In this document: positions 38,160 through 48,914 of the stretch, piece by piece
Numbering within the stretch: the stretch's first letter is position 1
Layout of the letters: every line of letters begins with the position of its first letter
Source: an uncultured Gemmatimonadales bacterium
GTDB lineage: Bacteria; Gemmatimonadota; Gemmatimonadetes; Gemmatimonadales; GWC2-71-9
DNA: 64,000 bases
Direction: 5' to 3'
Assembly: GCA_963730185.1 (NCBI GenBank)
Contig: CAVSQW010000007.1
Location: forward strand, 256,001-320,000
Translations under genes and position numbers: made by a program
Notes under the pieces: model-generated
What the model saw: only the letters and a program-made list of their open reading frames with translations
Told to the model about the DNA's origin: nothing
Database searches by the model: none

Positions 38160-40223
38160 ATGCTACGCCCCACCCTCGGGCGCGCCATCCTCATGGTCGC
38201 CATCGTCCTCGCTGGCGCCTGCGCCACCGGCCGGCCCCTCGACGACGCCGCCCTCCGCGCCGCCGACGCCGACTCGACCGAGTGGCTCAGCTACGGCCGG
38301 ACCTACGCCGAGCAGCGCTATAGTCCGCTCCACCAGATCGACGAGCGGAGCGCCGCCCGGCTCGGGCTGGCCTGGTCGCTCGACCTGGGCACCACCCGGG
38401 GACTCGAAGCGACCTCGCTCTTTCACGACGGCGTCCTCTATACCACCGGTCCCTGGAGCGTCGTCTACGCCATCAACGCCCGGACGGGTCAGGTCGTCTG
38501 GCACTACGACCCCGAGGTGCCCAAGGACCACGCCAAGTTCGCCTGCTGCGGCACGGTCAATCGCGGCGTGGCGCTCTATCGCGACCGGGTCTACGTCGCC
38601 ACGCTCGATGGGCGGCTCGTCGCGATCGATCGGGCGACGGGCCGACCCGCCTGGAGCGTCCAGACCACCCCGGCCGGCGGACCCTACGCCATCACCGGCG
38701 CGCCCCGGATCGCGGGCGGGCTGGTGGTGATCGGCAACGCCGGCTCCGAGTACGCCGCCCGTGGCTTCGTCGCCGCCTACGACGCCGTGACCGGCGGGCT
38801 CGCCTGGCGGACCTACATGGTGCCGGGCGATCCCTCCCAGCCGTTCGAGTCCAAGGCGATGGAGAAGGCCGCCGCGACCTGGTCGGGCGAGTGGTGGAAG
38901 GGCGGGGGAGGTGGGAGTCCCTGGGATCCGATCGTCTACGATCCGGCGCTCGACCTGGTCTACGTGGGTACCGGCAACGCCTCACCATGGTATTCGGAGC
39001 TCCGCGGCACGACCGTGGGCGACAATCTCTACGCCGCGTCGATCGTGGCCCTCCGGGCCAAGACCGGAGAGATCGCCTGGTACTACCAGACCACTCCGGG
39101 CGACAACTGGGACTACGATGCCACCCAGCCGATCCTGCTGGCCGATCTCGAGATCGACGGTCGGACCCGCCGGGTGCTGATGCAGGCGAACAAGAACGCC
39201 TTCTTCTACGTCATCGATCGCGAGACCGGCGCGCTGATCTCGGGCACGCCCTACGCCGCGATGAACTGGGCGACCGGCATCGATTCGAGCGGCCGGCCGA
39301 TCGTGGCACCGAGTGCCCGACCCAGCACCAGCGGCGCCCTGGTGATTCCCTCCGACCTGGGGGCCCACAACTGGCAGCCGATCTCCTTCAATCCCACCAC
39401 CGGGCTGGTCTACTTCGCGGTGACCGACGGGGCGGCCGCCCTCCACGTGGTCGACCCGTCCTTCCATCTCGACCCGAACGACCAGACGGTGGGGTACGAT
39501 CCGCGTTACGATGGTCCGCTCAATGCCAAACTGGCGGCGGCCAAGCCCGCCGGCCGGCTGGTGGCCTGGGACCCCGTGGCGAAGCGCGAGGCGTGGCGGG
39601 CCGAGCTGCCGGTTTCTCGGAGCGGCGGGACGCTGACGACCGCCGGCAATCTGGTGTTTCAGGGACGGGGCGATGGCCAATTCGTCGCCTACCGCGCCAG
39701 CGACGGCCAGCCGCTCTGGCACTTCGACGCCGGCGTGGGGATCGCGGCCGCACCCATGAGCTACTTCCTCGACGGCGTCCAATACGTGGCGGTGCTCGCG
39801 GCCCCGCCGCTCCTCTTCGTCGATCCCGCGATCAAAACCGGCCCGGGACGCCTGCTGGTCTTCAAGCTCGGCGGCACCGACTCGCTCCCGACGGTCACCC
39901 GACCCGACCTGCCGATCCCGGCTCCGACTGCCTCGGTCGCTGCCTCACCCTCCGAGATCACGGAGGGGAGCGGCCTCTATACTCTGTTCTGCGATCGGTG
40001 TCACAGTCCCGATCTCAACCTGGTGAAGAGCGGTGCAGTTCCCGATCTCAGGCGCTCGACCGCCGAGACCCACGGGCAGTTCGAGGCCATCGTGCGAGGC
40101 GGGATCCGGCGGGGGCTTGGCATGCCGTCGTTCGCGGATGATCTCACGAGCGATCAGGTCCGCTGGATCGAAGCGTACGTCCTCGACCGGGCCCGGCGGG
40201 CAGCGGCCGCTCCGAGCCAGTAG
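38160..40223 (+). CDS. PQQ-dependent quinohemoprotein alcohol dehydrogenase (type II-like, C-terminal cytochrome c)
   Basis: Lipobox AGAC; ACCGTVNRG, GNAGSEY, WDYD and GAHNWQP; heme motif CDRCH and distal MP. Confidence 0.93.
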   Translation: MLRPTLGRAILMVAIVLAGACATGRPLDDAALRAADADSTEWLSYGRTYAEQRYSPLHQIDERSAARLGLAWSLDLGTTRGLEATSLFHDGVLYTTGPWSVVYAINARTGQVVWHYDPEVPKDHAKFACCGTVNRGVALYRDRVYVATLDGRLVAIDRATGRPAWSVQTTPAGGPYAITGAPRIAGGLVVIGNAGSEYAARGFVAAYDAVTGGLAWRTYMVPGDPSQPFESKAMEKAAATWSGEWWKGGGGGSPWDPIVYDPALDLVYVGTGNASPWYSELRGTTVGDNLYAASIVALRAKTGEIAWYYQTTPGDNWDYDATQPILLADLEIDGRTRRVLMQANKNAFFYVIDRETGALISGTPYAAMNWATGIDSSGRPIVAPSARPSTSGALVIPSDLGAHNWQPISFNPTTGLVYFAVTDGAAALHVVDPSFHLDPNDQTVGYDPRYDGPLNAKLAAAKPAGRLVAWDPVAKREAWRAELPVSRSGGTLTTAGNLVFQGRGDGQFVAYRASDGQPLWHFDAGVGIAAAPMSYFLDGVQYVAVLAAPPLLFVDPAIKTGPGRLLVFKLGGTDSLPTVTRPDLPIPAPTASVAASPSEITEGSGLYTLFCDRCHSPDLNLVKSGAVPDLRRSTAETHGQFEAIVRGGIRRGLGMPSFADDLTSDQVRWIEAYVLDRARRAAAAPSQ

Positions 40224-40281
40224 CTCGGGCCGCCTTCCGGAGGTGAGGTCAGTAAAGTCGGCCGGATTCGTGGAGGGCCCC

Positions 40282-41511
40282 ATGAAACTCGATCGCAGAC
40301 GTTGGCTCGCCCTCTCCGGCGGGGTGTTGGCGTCCCTCCCTCTGGTTGGCCGATGGCGCCGAGGCGACCCGGATTCCCTCCGTCGCGAGATCGAGCGGCT
40401 CCTGGCGGAGACTGGCGGCCCCGGGATCTCGTGCGCCATCGTGGGCCCGGGGAAGGTGCTGTGGTCGGGCGGGTTCGGTCTGGCCGATCGCGAGGGCCGC
40501 CGGCCGATGCGGACCGACACCCTTCTCAACGTGGCCTCCGTCTCCAAGACGGTGACGGCCACCGCCGTGATGCAGCTCTGGGAGGCGGGCCGGTTCCGAC
40601 TTCAGGACGACGTTGGTCGGTTCCTGCCTTTTCCCCTCAGGAACCCCCGCCATCCCGACGTCCCGATCACCTTCGAGCAACTGCTCACCCACCGCTCCTC
40701 GATCGAGGACGGACCCGGGTACTTCGCGACCTACGCGTGCGGCGATCCGACCCTCTCGCTGGAGCGGTGGCTCCGCGCCTACCTGACGCCGGGCGGCGAG
40801 TACTGGGATCCGGAAGCGAACTGGCACGAATGGGCACCCGGCACCATCCACCCGCCGGCCGAGGCGACGGCCTACTCCAATGTCGGGTACGGGGTGCTGG
40901 GATACCTGGTCGAGATCCTGGCCGGCCGGCCGTTCCCGGAGTACTGCCGGGAGCGGATCTTCCAACCGTTAGGCATGACCGCCAGTGGGTGGCTGCTCCA
41001 CGACATCGACGTGGCCCGCCACGCCACGCCCTACACCCGGGTGCCGGCCAGCATGACCCCGGAGGACCGGCTGCTGCTCCGAGCGCTGGCGCCGCCGGGC
41101 GCCCGATCGGACTCGCTCGTGCCCGGCGTCCTCGTCCCCCGCTGCCTCTACAGCTTCGCCAACTATCCCGATGGCTCGCTCCGAACCAGCGCCGACGAGC
41201 TGGCCCGGTTCCTGGCGACGTATCTCGCCAAGGGGCGATTCGGCCGGACCCGTCTCCTTCGGGAAGAGACCATCGACACGATCTTCTCCCATGAGCATCT
41301 CGGACAACGCCTCTGCTGGCACGATTGGAAGCTGCCCGATACACGGATGCTGATCGGACACAGCGGCGGCGATCCGGGCGTGACCACGTACGTCGGGTTC
41401 GAGCCCACGTTCCAGGTGGGCGTGGTCTCACTCCGCAATTGGGAGCTCGGCGGCGAGGGCGCCGCCCGCCTGGCGACCCTGCTCCTGGATGCCGGCCTGG
41501 CCATGCGCTGA
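40282..41511 (+). CDS. Beta-lactamase-family serine hydrolase with twin-arginine-like leader
   Basis: DRRRWL leader; SVSK, LLTHRS, YSN and HSGG motifs. Confidence 0.9.
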   Translation: MKLDRRRWLALSGGVLASLPLVGRWRRGDPDSLRREIERLLAETGGPGISCAIVGPGKVLWSGGFGLADREGRRPMRTDTLLNVASVSKTVTATAVMQLWEAGRFRLQDDVGRFLPFPLRNPRHPDVPITFEQLLTHRSSIEDGPGYFATYACGDPTLSLERWLRAYLTPGGEYWDPEANWHEWAPGTIHPPAEATAYSNVGYGVLGYLVEILAGRPFPEYCRERIFQPLGMTASGWLLHDIDVARHATPYTRVPASMTPEDRLLLRALAPPGARSDSLVPGVLVPRCLYSFANYPDGSLRTSADELARFLATYLAKGRFGRTRLLREETIDTIFSHEHLGQRLCWHDWKLPDTRMLIGHSGGDPGVTTYVGFEPTFQVGVVSLRNWELGGEGAARLATLLLDAGLAMR

Positions 41512-41549
41512 ACGACGCGGGTGCCGCCCCGCGAGTCGCGCCGGCTTCG

Positions 41550-43007
41550 TCAGCGCATTCCGCGGCGGGCGGCGCCGACGGCGGCGGCCGCGTCGAGCAC
41601 GCCATACCCCGCCCGTTCGCTGAAGCCGGCCTCTCCCACCAACCGAGGTCGCGCGGTCCGCCGGAGGACCCGCTCGATCCAGCCGGTCCAGGCCCGCGAC
41701 CTCCGCGCCGACTCGGGCGTCGCCGAGTCCGCCGCCGTCATCAGGGCCACCACCCCCGTCACGATCGGCGCGGACAGGGACGTCCCCGTCACCGCCTGAG
41801 GCGGACCCGGATCGGGATAGCTCGGCTGCGCGATCAGCACGTCGACCCCGGGCGCCAGGACATCGAGCTGGTCGCTCGGGTGGAGCGGCTCCCACACCGT
41901 CAGCAGGCCCTTGGTGATCCCGAAGGCGCCGGCCGAGATCGTCTCAGGGTAGGATGCCGGATAGAAGGGTGTGAAGGAATCACCGACATGCTGGGTCCGG
42001 CCATACCGCCCCGCGGCCGCCACCACCGGCACCCCCCGATCGGCGGCGTAGTCGATCGCCTCCCGGAGGACCGCCGCCGAGTCGATCCCGGCACTGATGT
42101 TGATGACCCGGGCGCCTCGATGCACGGCGGCGTAGATGCCGGCCGCGAGCGACTCGATCAGCCAGTAGGGATAGGGCGGGTCGTTGGCCACCGCGCCGTC
42201 GCCGGTCCGGATCGGGATGACGGTGGCGTCCGGCGCGACGGTCAGCAGCACCGAGGTGACCGCCGTGCCGTGTCCGCCCCAGTCCCACGGCCGGCTCGGC
42301 TCGCCGGTCCAGGGTGGCCCCGTGTGCCCGAAGAGGTCCACGCCGGCCTCGAGATGCCCCTGGAAGAGATCGAGCGTCGGGTCGATGCCGGTATCGAGCA
42401 CCGCGGCCCGGACGCCCCGGCCGGTCGTGACCCCCTGGGCCTCGGGCAGGCCGATCGTCCCGCGCCACCACTGCCGGGCGAAGAGCGACCGGTCGACCGG
42501 CGCGAGGTGATTCGCCGGGAGGCCCGGATCGCCGCGCTTGGCGCCGTAGCCGAGGGTTGGGAGCAGCAGCTCGAGCGGACGCTTGCCGGCCCGCCCCGGA
42601 ATGGTCATCAGGAGGTCGTAGTCGTGCGACCGGACGAACAGGTGATCGACCAAGCGGTCGCCGTACTCCCGGCTCAGCGCCAGGAACCGCCGCCGGAGCT
42701 CGGCGGCGGCGCCGACCCGGATCAGCGAGTCCCAGGCCGGCTGGTCGCGCTGCCAGCCGAGGAAGATGACCCGATCGTAGAGGTCGGGGAGGCCACCGCC
42801 CAGCTGGTCGCGCTCGGTCTGATCGAGCTCCGAGCGAAAGGGCGAGGTCGCGAGCCGGCTGGTGACCTCGCGGTGGAAGGCGGCCCGTCCGGCCGTGAAG
42901 ATCCGGCCCAGCTCGGACGACGGGACGGGGCGGGGCTGGGCCTGGCCTCCGAGTGGCGCGGTCAGCGCCAGCCCGGCGCCGAGCACGAGCAGCAGGCGAG
43001 ATGGCAT
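41550..43007 (-). CDS. Exported S8 subtilisin-like protease
   Basis: Signal peptide; catalytic triad in VLDTG, HGT and GTSLSAP. Confidence 0.9.
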   Translation of the reverse strand: MPSRLLLVLGAGLALTAPLGGQAQPRPVPSSELGRIFTAGRAAFHREVTSRLATSPFRSELDQTERDQLGGGLPDLYDRVIFLGWQRDQPAWDSLIRVGAAAELRRRFLALSREYGDRLVDHLFVRSHDYDLLMTIPGRAGKRPLELLLPTLGYGAKRGDPGLPANHLAPVDRSLFARQWWRGTIGLPEAQGVTTGRGVRAAVLDTGIDPTLDLFQGHLEAGVDLFGHTGPPWTGEPSRPWDWGGHGTAVTSVLLTVAPDATVIPIRTGDGAVANDPPYPYWLIESLAAGIYAAVHRGARVINISAGIDSAAVLREAIDYAADRGVPVVAAAGRYGRTQHVGDSFTPFYPASYPETISAGAFGITKGLLTVWEPLHPSDQLDVLAPGVDVLIAQPSYPDPGPPQAVTGTSLSAPIVTGVVALMTAADSATPESARRSRAWTGWIERVLRRTARPRLVGEAGFSERAGYGVLDAAAAVGAARRGMR

Positions 43008-43161
43008 GAGAACCTCGGGTGAGATGGGAATGTCCGGGCTCTCCGAGGCGGCGTCAAGCAATCACGGCCCATCGTTGATCGCCCCCTGACGCCGCCGCCT
43101 GATGTGGCATACCATTGTCCAGCCCAGCCGCGCATCCTCTCCCCGCTCTCCGGAGCCAGCT

Positions 43162-44490
43162 TTGACCGACCGTACCGACCCGGCCACCGGCCTGGCCCGC
43201 ACCATCGGGCCGATGGGCCTCGCCGCCAGCGTCATCAACGTCATCATCGGCTCCAGCATCTTCGTCTTCCCGGCCATCGTCGCCGCCGAGCTCGGCGCCG
43301 CCGGCATCCTGCCGTACCTGGTCGCCGCCTTCGCGATGGGGCTGATTGCGCTCTGCTACGCCGAGTCCGGCAGCCGGGTGCCGCGGGCGGGCGGGACCTA
43401 CGCCTACGTCGAGACCGCCTTTGGCCCGTTCGCGGCCTGGGTCGTCGGGCTCCTCATCTATCTCGGCGTCCAGCTGGTCGCCTCGGCGGTGGTCGCGGCG
43501 GTCTTCATCCGCTCGCTCTCCGTCCTGGTGCCGAGCATCGGGAGTGGGCTTCCGCGGGCGCTGCTGATCGTCGCGATCTACGCCGTCTTCGCCGCGGTGA
43601 ACGTGCGGGGCGGTGCCAAGCTCGGCGCCCGGGTGGTGGAGGGCGTCACCATCGCCAAGCTCGCCCCGCTGGTGTTGCTGGTGGCCGTGGGGCTCTTCTT
43701 CTTCAAGCCCGAGTTCGTCCGCTGGGACGGCCTCCCGCCGGTGGCCGAGCTGGGGCGGATGTCGATGCGGCTGCTCTACCTCTTTGCCGGGATCGAGGCG
43801 GTGCTGGCGGTGAGCGGCGAGCTCCGCGATCCCTCCCGCACCATCCCCAAAGGCGCGCTCGGCGGGCTGGCCGTGGCGACGGCGCTCTACCTCGGCGTCC
43901 AATTCGCGGCCCAGGGGCTCCTGGGCCCCGCGCTCCCGAGCCACGAGCAGGCCCCGCTGGCCGACGCGGCTGCCGTGGTGCTGGGCTCGCCCGGCAGGAG
44001 CTTGCTCCTGCTCGGGACGGTGATCTCCACCCTCGGCTTCCTGAGCGCCGATCTGCTGGCCTCGCCCCGGACCCTCTTCGCGATGGCGACGGCCGGGCGG
44101 CTCCCTCGCCAGCTGGGCGCCGTGCATCAGCGCTTCGGCTCGCCCGCGGTCGCCATCGTCGTTCACGCCGCGATGGCCTGCACCCTGGCCATCATCGCCG
44201 ACTTCGACACCCTCACCGCGCTGGCCTCCAGCGCGCTGCTCCTGATCTACTTCATCTCCTGCCTGGGGCTGATCGTGCTCCAGCGGCGGCGGGTGGGAGA
44301 CGACATCGTCACCTTCCGGCTGCCCGGTGGGCCGCTGATTCCGTTGGTCGCGCTGGGGATCGTGGTCGGCCTGATGACGACCCTGACCACCCGTGAGATC
44401 TGGGCGGTGCTGATCGTGGTGGCGTTCGCCGGGGTGACGTACCTGTTCTCGCGGCGGCGCGGTGTGGCCGCGGTCGACTCGACCGGCTGA
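43162..44490 (+). CDS. APC family amino acid permease
   Basis: [15 protein letters not shown] and FAGIE; about 12 TM helices; TTG start after GGAG. Confidence 0.9.
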   Translation: MTDRTDPATGLARTIGPMGLAASVINVIIGSSIFVFPAIVAAELGAAGILPYLVAAFAMGLIALCYAESGSRVPRAGGTYAYVETAFGPFAAWVVGLLIYLGVQLVASAVVAAVFIRSLSVLVPSIGSGLPRALLIVAIYAVFAAVNVRGGAKLGARVVEGVTIAKLAPLVLLVAVGLFFFKPEFVRWDGLPPVAELGRMSMRLLYLFAGIEAVLAVSGELRDPSRTIPKGALGGLAVATALYLGVQFAAQGLLGPALPSHEQAPLADAAAVVLGSPGRSLLLLGTVISTLGFLSADLLASPRTLFAMATAGRLPRQLGAVHQRFGSPAVAIVVHAAMACTLAIIADFDTLTALASSALLLIYFISCLGLIVLQRRRVGDDIVTFRLPGGPLIPLVALGIVVGLMTTLTTREIWAVLIVVAFAGVTYLFSRRRGVAAVDSTG

Positions 44491-44581
44491 GCCCGGACCC
44501 AACCGGCTGGTCAGTGGCGGCCTGACCCGCCGCCCACGTTCCGATCTGAATCCTCGTGGCGTTTGCTCGCGTAGGGCGAGC

Positions 44582-47070
44582 ATGCCCAATCTCAAGCTTG
44601 CCGTCCGCACCCTGGCCCGGGCGCCGTTCGTCACGCTGGTGGCCGTGGGCTCGCTGGCGCTCGGGATCGGCGCCAATACCGCCATCTTCTCGATGTTCCA
44701 GCGGATCCTGCTCCGTCCGCTGCCGGTCCCCCATCCCGAAGAGCTGGTCAACCTCTCCACTCCAGGCCCGAAGTTCGGCTCCACCTCCTGCAACGGGGCC
44801 GGCGGCTGCGACGAGGTGTTCAGCTATCCGATGTACCGCGACCTCGAATCCCGGCAGAGGGTGCTGGCCGGGCTGGCGGCGCACCGCGCCTTCGGGGTGA
44901 ACCTTGCCTACGACGGCCAGACCCTCGATGCCGGCGCGATGTACGTCTCGGGCTCGTACTTCGGGGTGCTGGGCATCAAGCCGGCCCTGGGACGGCTGCT
45001 CGGGCCCCACGACGACGACGCTCCCGGTGGCCACTTCGTCGCCGTGCTCGGCTACCGCTATTGGGAGACCAATCTCGGCGCCGATCCGAAGGTCCTGGAC
45101 CGGCCGGTCGTGGTGAATGGCCAGCCGATGACGATCGTCGGCGTGGCGCCGAGGGCTTCGACGGCACCACCCTGGGCCGGCGGCCCAGCGTGTTCGTGCC
45201 GATCACGATGCGGGAGGCCCTCTCCGGGTACGGTGGATTCGAGGACCGGAACAACTATTGGGTCTACGCCTTTGGACGGTTGGCCCCGGGCGCGTCGGTG
45301 GCCCAGGCCCGCGAGGCGCTCGACGCCATCTACCGGCCGATCATCACCGACGTCGAGACGCCGCTCCAGCGGGGCGTCACCGACGACTACCTGAAGCGGT
45401 TCCGGGACAAGCACCTCGGCCTCGAGGCGGGGCCCCGGGGCCAGAGCGACGTGCAAGAGAATGCCAGCACGCCCCTCCTGATGCTCTTCGCGGTCACCGC
45501 CATCGTCCTCCTGATCGCCTGCATCAACGTGGCCAACCTGCTGGTGGCCCGGGCGGCCGCCCGGTCCATGGAGATGGCGGTCCGGCTCTCGCTTGGCGCG
45601 TCGCGTCGCCAGCTGCTGACGCAGCTCCTCACCGAGGCGTTCCTGCTCTCGGCCGCGGCCGGCGCGGCGAGCATTCTGGTGGCCCGCTGGACTCTGTCGC
45701 TGGTGGTGCGGTTCCTCCCGCCGGAGGCCACCTCCTCGATGGAGTTCGCGATCGACCGTCCGGCAATGCTCTTCGCGGCCGTGGTGTCGCTCGCGACCGG
45801 ACTCCTCTTCGGACTGGTCCCCGCGATCCACGCTACCCGGCCCGAGCTCCTGTCGGTCATCAAGGCCAACACCGGTCAGCCGTCGGGCGCCCGCGGCGCC
45901 GCCCGGTTCAGAAGCGTCATGGTCACGGCCCAGATCGCGCTCTCGATGGCGCTGCTGGCCACGGCCGGCCTCTTCATCCGGAGCCTGGCCAACACGGCCC
46001 GGGTCGATCTCGGCCTCCAGCCCGATCACGTGGTGACGTTCCGGCTCTCGCCCGGGCTGAACGGGTATTCCAACGGCCGGTCGCGCACCTTGTTCCACCG
46101 GGTCGAGGAAGAACTGCAGGCGCTGCCAAGCGTCGCCGACGTCGCCGCCGCTCGGGTCCCGGTGCTGGCCGGCAGCAATTGGGGCACCAACGTTCGGGTG
46201 CAGGGCTACTCCGACGACCCCAGCCTCGATCACAACGCCCGGTACAACCAGGTCGGGCCGGGTTTCCTCCGAACGCTCGGCATGGAGCTGCTGGCCGGCC
46301 GGGAGTTCACCGCGGCCGACGAGGCGGGCGCGCCCAAGGTCGCGCTGGTCACCGAGGCCTTCGCCAAGCAGTTCGGCCTCGGTCGGGACGCCGTGGGTAA
46401 GCTGATGTCGACCGGCGGGAAGGAGCTCGACATCCAGATCGTCGGGCTGGTGAAGGACGCCAAGTACAGCGACGTGAAGCGGGCCCCGCCACCGGTGTTC
46501 ATGCTGCCCTACCGGCAGGACACCACCATCGGCTCGATGGTGTTCTACGCTCGGACCGAAGGGAAGCCCGAAGGCCCGATGCGTGACATCCCGGCGCTGG
46601 TGGCCCGGCTCGACCCCAACCTCCCGGTGGCCGACTTTCTGACCCTGCCGCAGCAGATCAAGGACAACGTCTTCCTGGACCGGATGATCGGCACCTTCGC
46701 CGCCGCGTTCGCGGGGCTTGCCACCCTGCTGGCGGCGGTCGGTCTCTATGGGGTGCTGGCCTACACCGTCGCCCAGCGGACCCGGGAGATCGGAGTCCGG
46801 ATGGCGCTCGGGGCCGACCGGGCCAGGGTTCGCGCCCTGGTGCTCCGCCAGGTGGGCCGGATGATCCTGATCGGCGCGGGGATCGGGCATCCCCGCCGCC
46901 ATCGGGATCGGCAAGGCGGCACGGTCGATGCTCTTCGAGGTGTCCGGCGCCGACCCGCTCGCGCTGGTGGGCGCCGCCTTCGTCCTCGTGATCGTGGCGC
47001 TGGGAGCGGGCTACTTCCCGCCCGCCGGGCGGCGCGGGTCCATCCCATGGAGGCGCTCCGCTACGAGTGA
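44582..47070 (+). CDS. ABC transporter permease with duplicated MacB/FtsX modules (ADOP-like); indels near 45151, 46886 and 47018
   Basis: [50 protein letters not shown] and PMEALRYE motifs. Confidence 0.9.
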
Positions 47071-47192
47071 CGGCCCCGCCGTGCGCGGGGCGCCGCCGCT
47101 CTCTTGAGGCGGCCTGGCGCCTCCAGGCCCCGCCGACGTAGGCTGTGAGAAGGAACCGAACAACGCTCTCGCACTCTGACGGACGGGCGACC

Positions 47193-47711
47193 ATGCGCTG
47201 CCTGACGCTTCTCCTGCTCACCGCCGCGACGACCGCCCACGCGCAGACCGGCGTCCGGCTGGCGCTGCTCGACGACTGGCACCACCAGCACGTCCACGTC
47301 CTGGCGACCATCGACTCCGCCACTCCGGCGATGCTCGGCTTCCGCACCACCCCCGGGGTCCGGACCTTCGCCGAGCAGATCTACCACGTCGACGAGGTCG
47401 CGGCCCGGATCATCAGCGGGGCCGTCACCGATCGCCCGCTTCCACCCGGGCTCCTCGGCGACACGGCGGCCACCCTCCACGATCGGGCCAAGCTCCGGGC
47501 CCAGACCGATCGGGTGTTCCAGTTCATCCTGAGCGCGCTCGAGTCAATGAGCGATGAGCAGATGGCCGAGGAGAAGCGGGCGTTCGGAGGCTCGATGCCC
47601 CGGTTCCGCTGGAACGTCACCGCCCTCCAGCACTCGGCCTGGACGCTGGGGCAGACGGTGCCCTATCTCCGGATGAACGGGCGGACGCCGCCTCAGTTCA
47701 CGCCGTTCTGA
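47193..47711 (+). CDS. Exported DinB family protein
   Basis: TPGVRTFAEQIYHV, H...GQTVPYLRMNG..PP. Confidence 0.8.
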   Translation: MRCLTLLLLTAATTAHAQTGVRLALLDDWHHQHVHVLATIDSATPAMLGFRTTPGVRTFAEQIYHVDEVAARIISGAVTDRPLPPGLLGDTAATLHDRAKLRAQTDRVFQFILSALESMSDEQMAEEKRAFGGSMPRFRWNVTALQHSAWTLGQTVPYLRMNGRTPPQFTPF

Positions 47712-47771
47712 CCGGGTTGCTACTAAAGTCATAGTTGACAGGCCGGCGGGTCATCGACACTATTGGCGACC

Positions 47772-48899
47772 ATGAGGTTCGCCACTACGAGATCGATGGC
47801 CGCCGCGGCCGCACTGGCCGCCGGGGCGGTGCCGCTCGCGGCCCAGGCCGCGCCGGCGCCGACCCATTTGGCCCCGCCCGACGCCACCCTCCACCTCGAG
47901 CTGACCCGGGTCGGAGCCGTCCGGGAGCTGAGCACCGGCCGCGTCCTGGTGCTCGATGCCGGCGACGTTCGGCTCTGGCTCGCCGACCTGACCGAAGGTC
48001 CGGCCGCGCCCGTCGGCGAGCGGGGCGCCGGTCCAGGCGAGTACACGGGGCCCACCGCGCTCTTTGCCCTCCCCGCCGATTCGACCCTCCTGGTCGACCG
48101 GCGGCAAGGCCGCTGGCTGCTCTTGCAAGGTGGAGCCATCGTCGAGACGGTGGCCGCGGAGTCGCCGGCGCTGCGGAGCGGAGCGCGCGCGCCGCTCGGG
48201 GCCGACTTCCAGGGACACGTGCTCGCGACCCTGCCGATGCGGGGAGGGGAAGAGCAGGCGGACGGGCTGCCGAGGCGCGACTCGCTCTGGCTGGTGCGGG
48301 TGGACCGCGCCAGCGGGGGGGTGGACACCGTCACCCTGGTCAAGGCGCGCCCGGCCCGAATCTCCGTCACCGGGCCGAAAGGCCACCCGACCTCGGTGAA
48401 CGTGAGCATCAACGTGATGGCGGTCGGTGAGGAGTCGGTCCTCTTTCCGGACGGGTGGGTGGCGGTGGCGCGGCTCGACCCGTACCGGGTGGCGTGGTAC
48501 CCGCCGGCCGGCCGGCCGGTGGTCGGGCCGCCGCTGCCCGACGAGCGCCGCCCGCTGGACGACGACGAGAAGCGGTTCGTGCTCGAACGTCTCGCCGAGC
48601 GGAACGGCACGCCGGTCCGCTCGCCCGACGACCTGCCCGACTGGCCGGCGATCGTCCCGCCGTTTCAGGCCGGAGCCCTGCTCGCCGCACCGGACGGCTC
48701 CGTCTGGATCCATCGCACCGCCACCACGGATCACCCCGAGACCCGGTACGACGTGATCGATCGCCGGGGTGCCCTGGTCCGCCGGGTGACGATGTCGGAT
48801 CGGGAACAGGTCGTCGGTCTCGGGCGGCGCTCGGTCTACACCGTGGTGGTGGACGACGACGGGATCGAGCACCTGAACCGGCACCCCCTCCCTCGCTGA
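47772..48899 (+). CDS. Exported 6-bladed beta-propeller-like protein
   Basis: Signal peptide; GERGAGPGEY, PDGSVWI, YDVIDRRG and DDDGIE motifs. Confidence 0.7.
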   Translation: MRFATTRSMAAAAALAAGAVPLAAQAAPAPTHLAPPDATLHLELTRVGAVRELSTGRVLVLDAGDVRLWLADLTEGPAAPVGERGAGPGEYTGPTALFALPADSTLLVDRRQGRWLLLQGGAIVETVAAESPALRSGARAPLGADFQGHVLATLPMRGGEEQADGLPRRDSLWLVRVDRASGGVDTVTLVKARPARISVTGPKGHPTSVNVSINVMAVGEESVLFPDGWVAVARLDPYRVAWYPPAGRPVVGPPLPDERRPLDDDEKRFVLERLAERNGTPVRSPDDLPDWPAIVPPFQAGALLAAPDGSVWIHRTATTDHPETRYDVIDRRGALVRRVTMSDREQVVGLGRRSVYTVVVDDDGIEHLNRHPLPR

Positions 48900-48914
48900 C
48901 GCGGTCCGAGGGTC

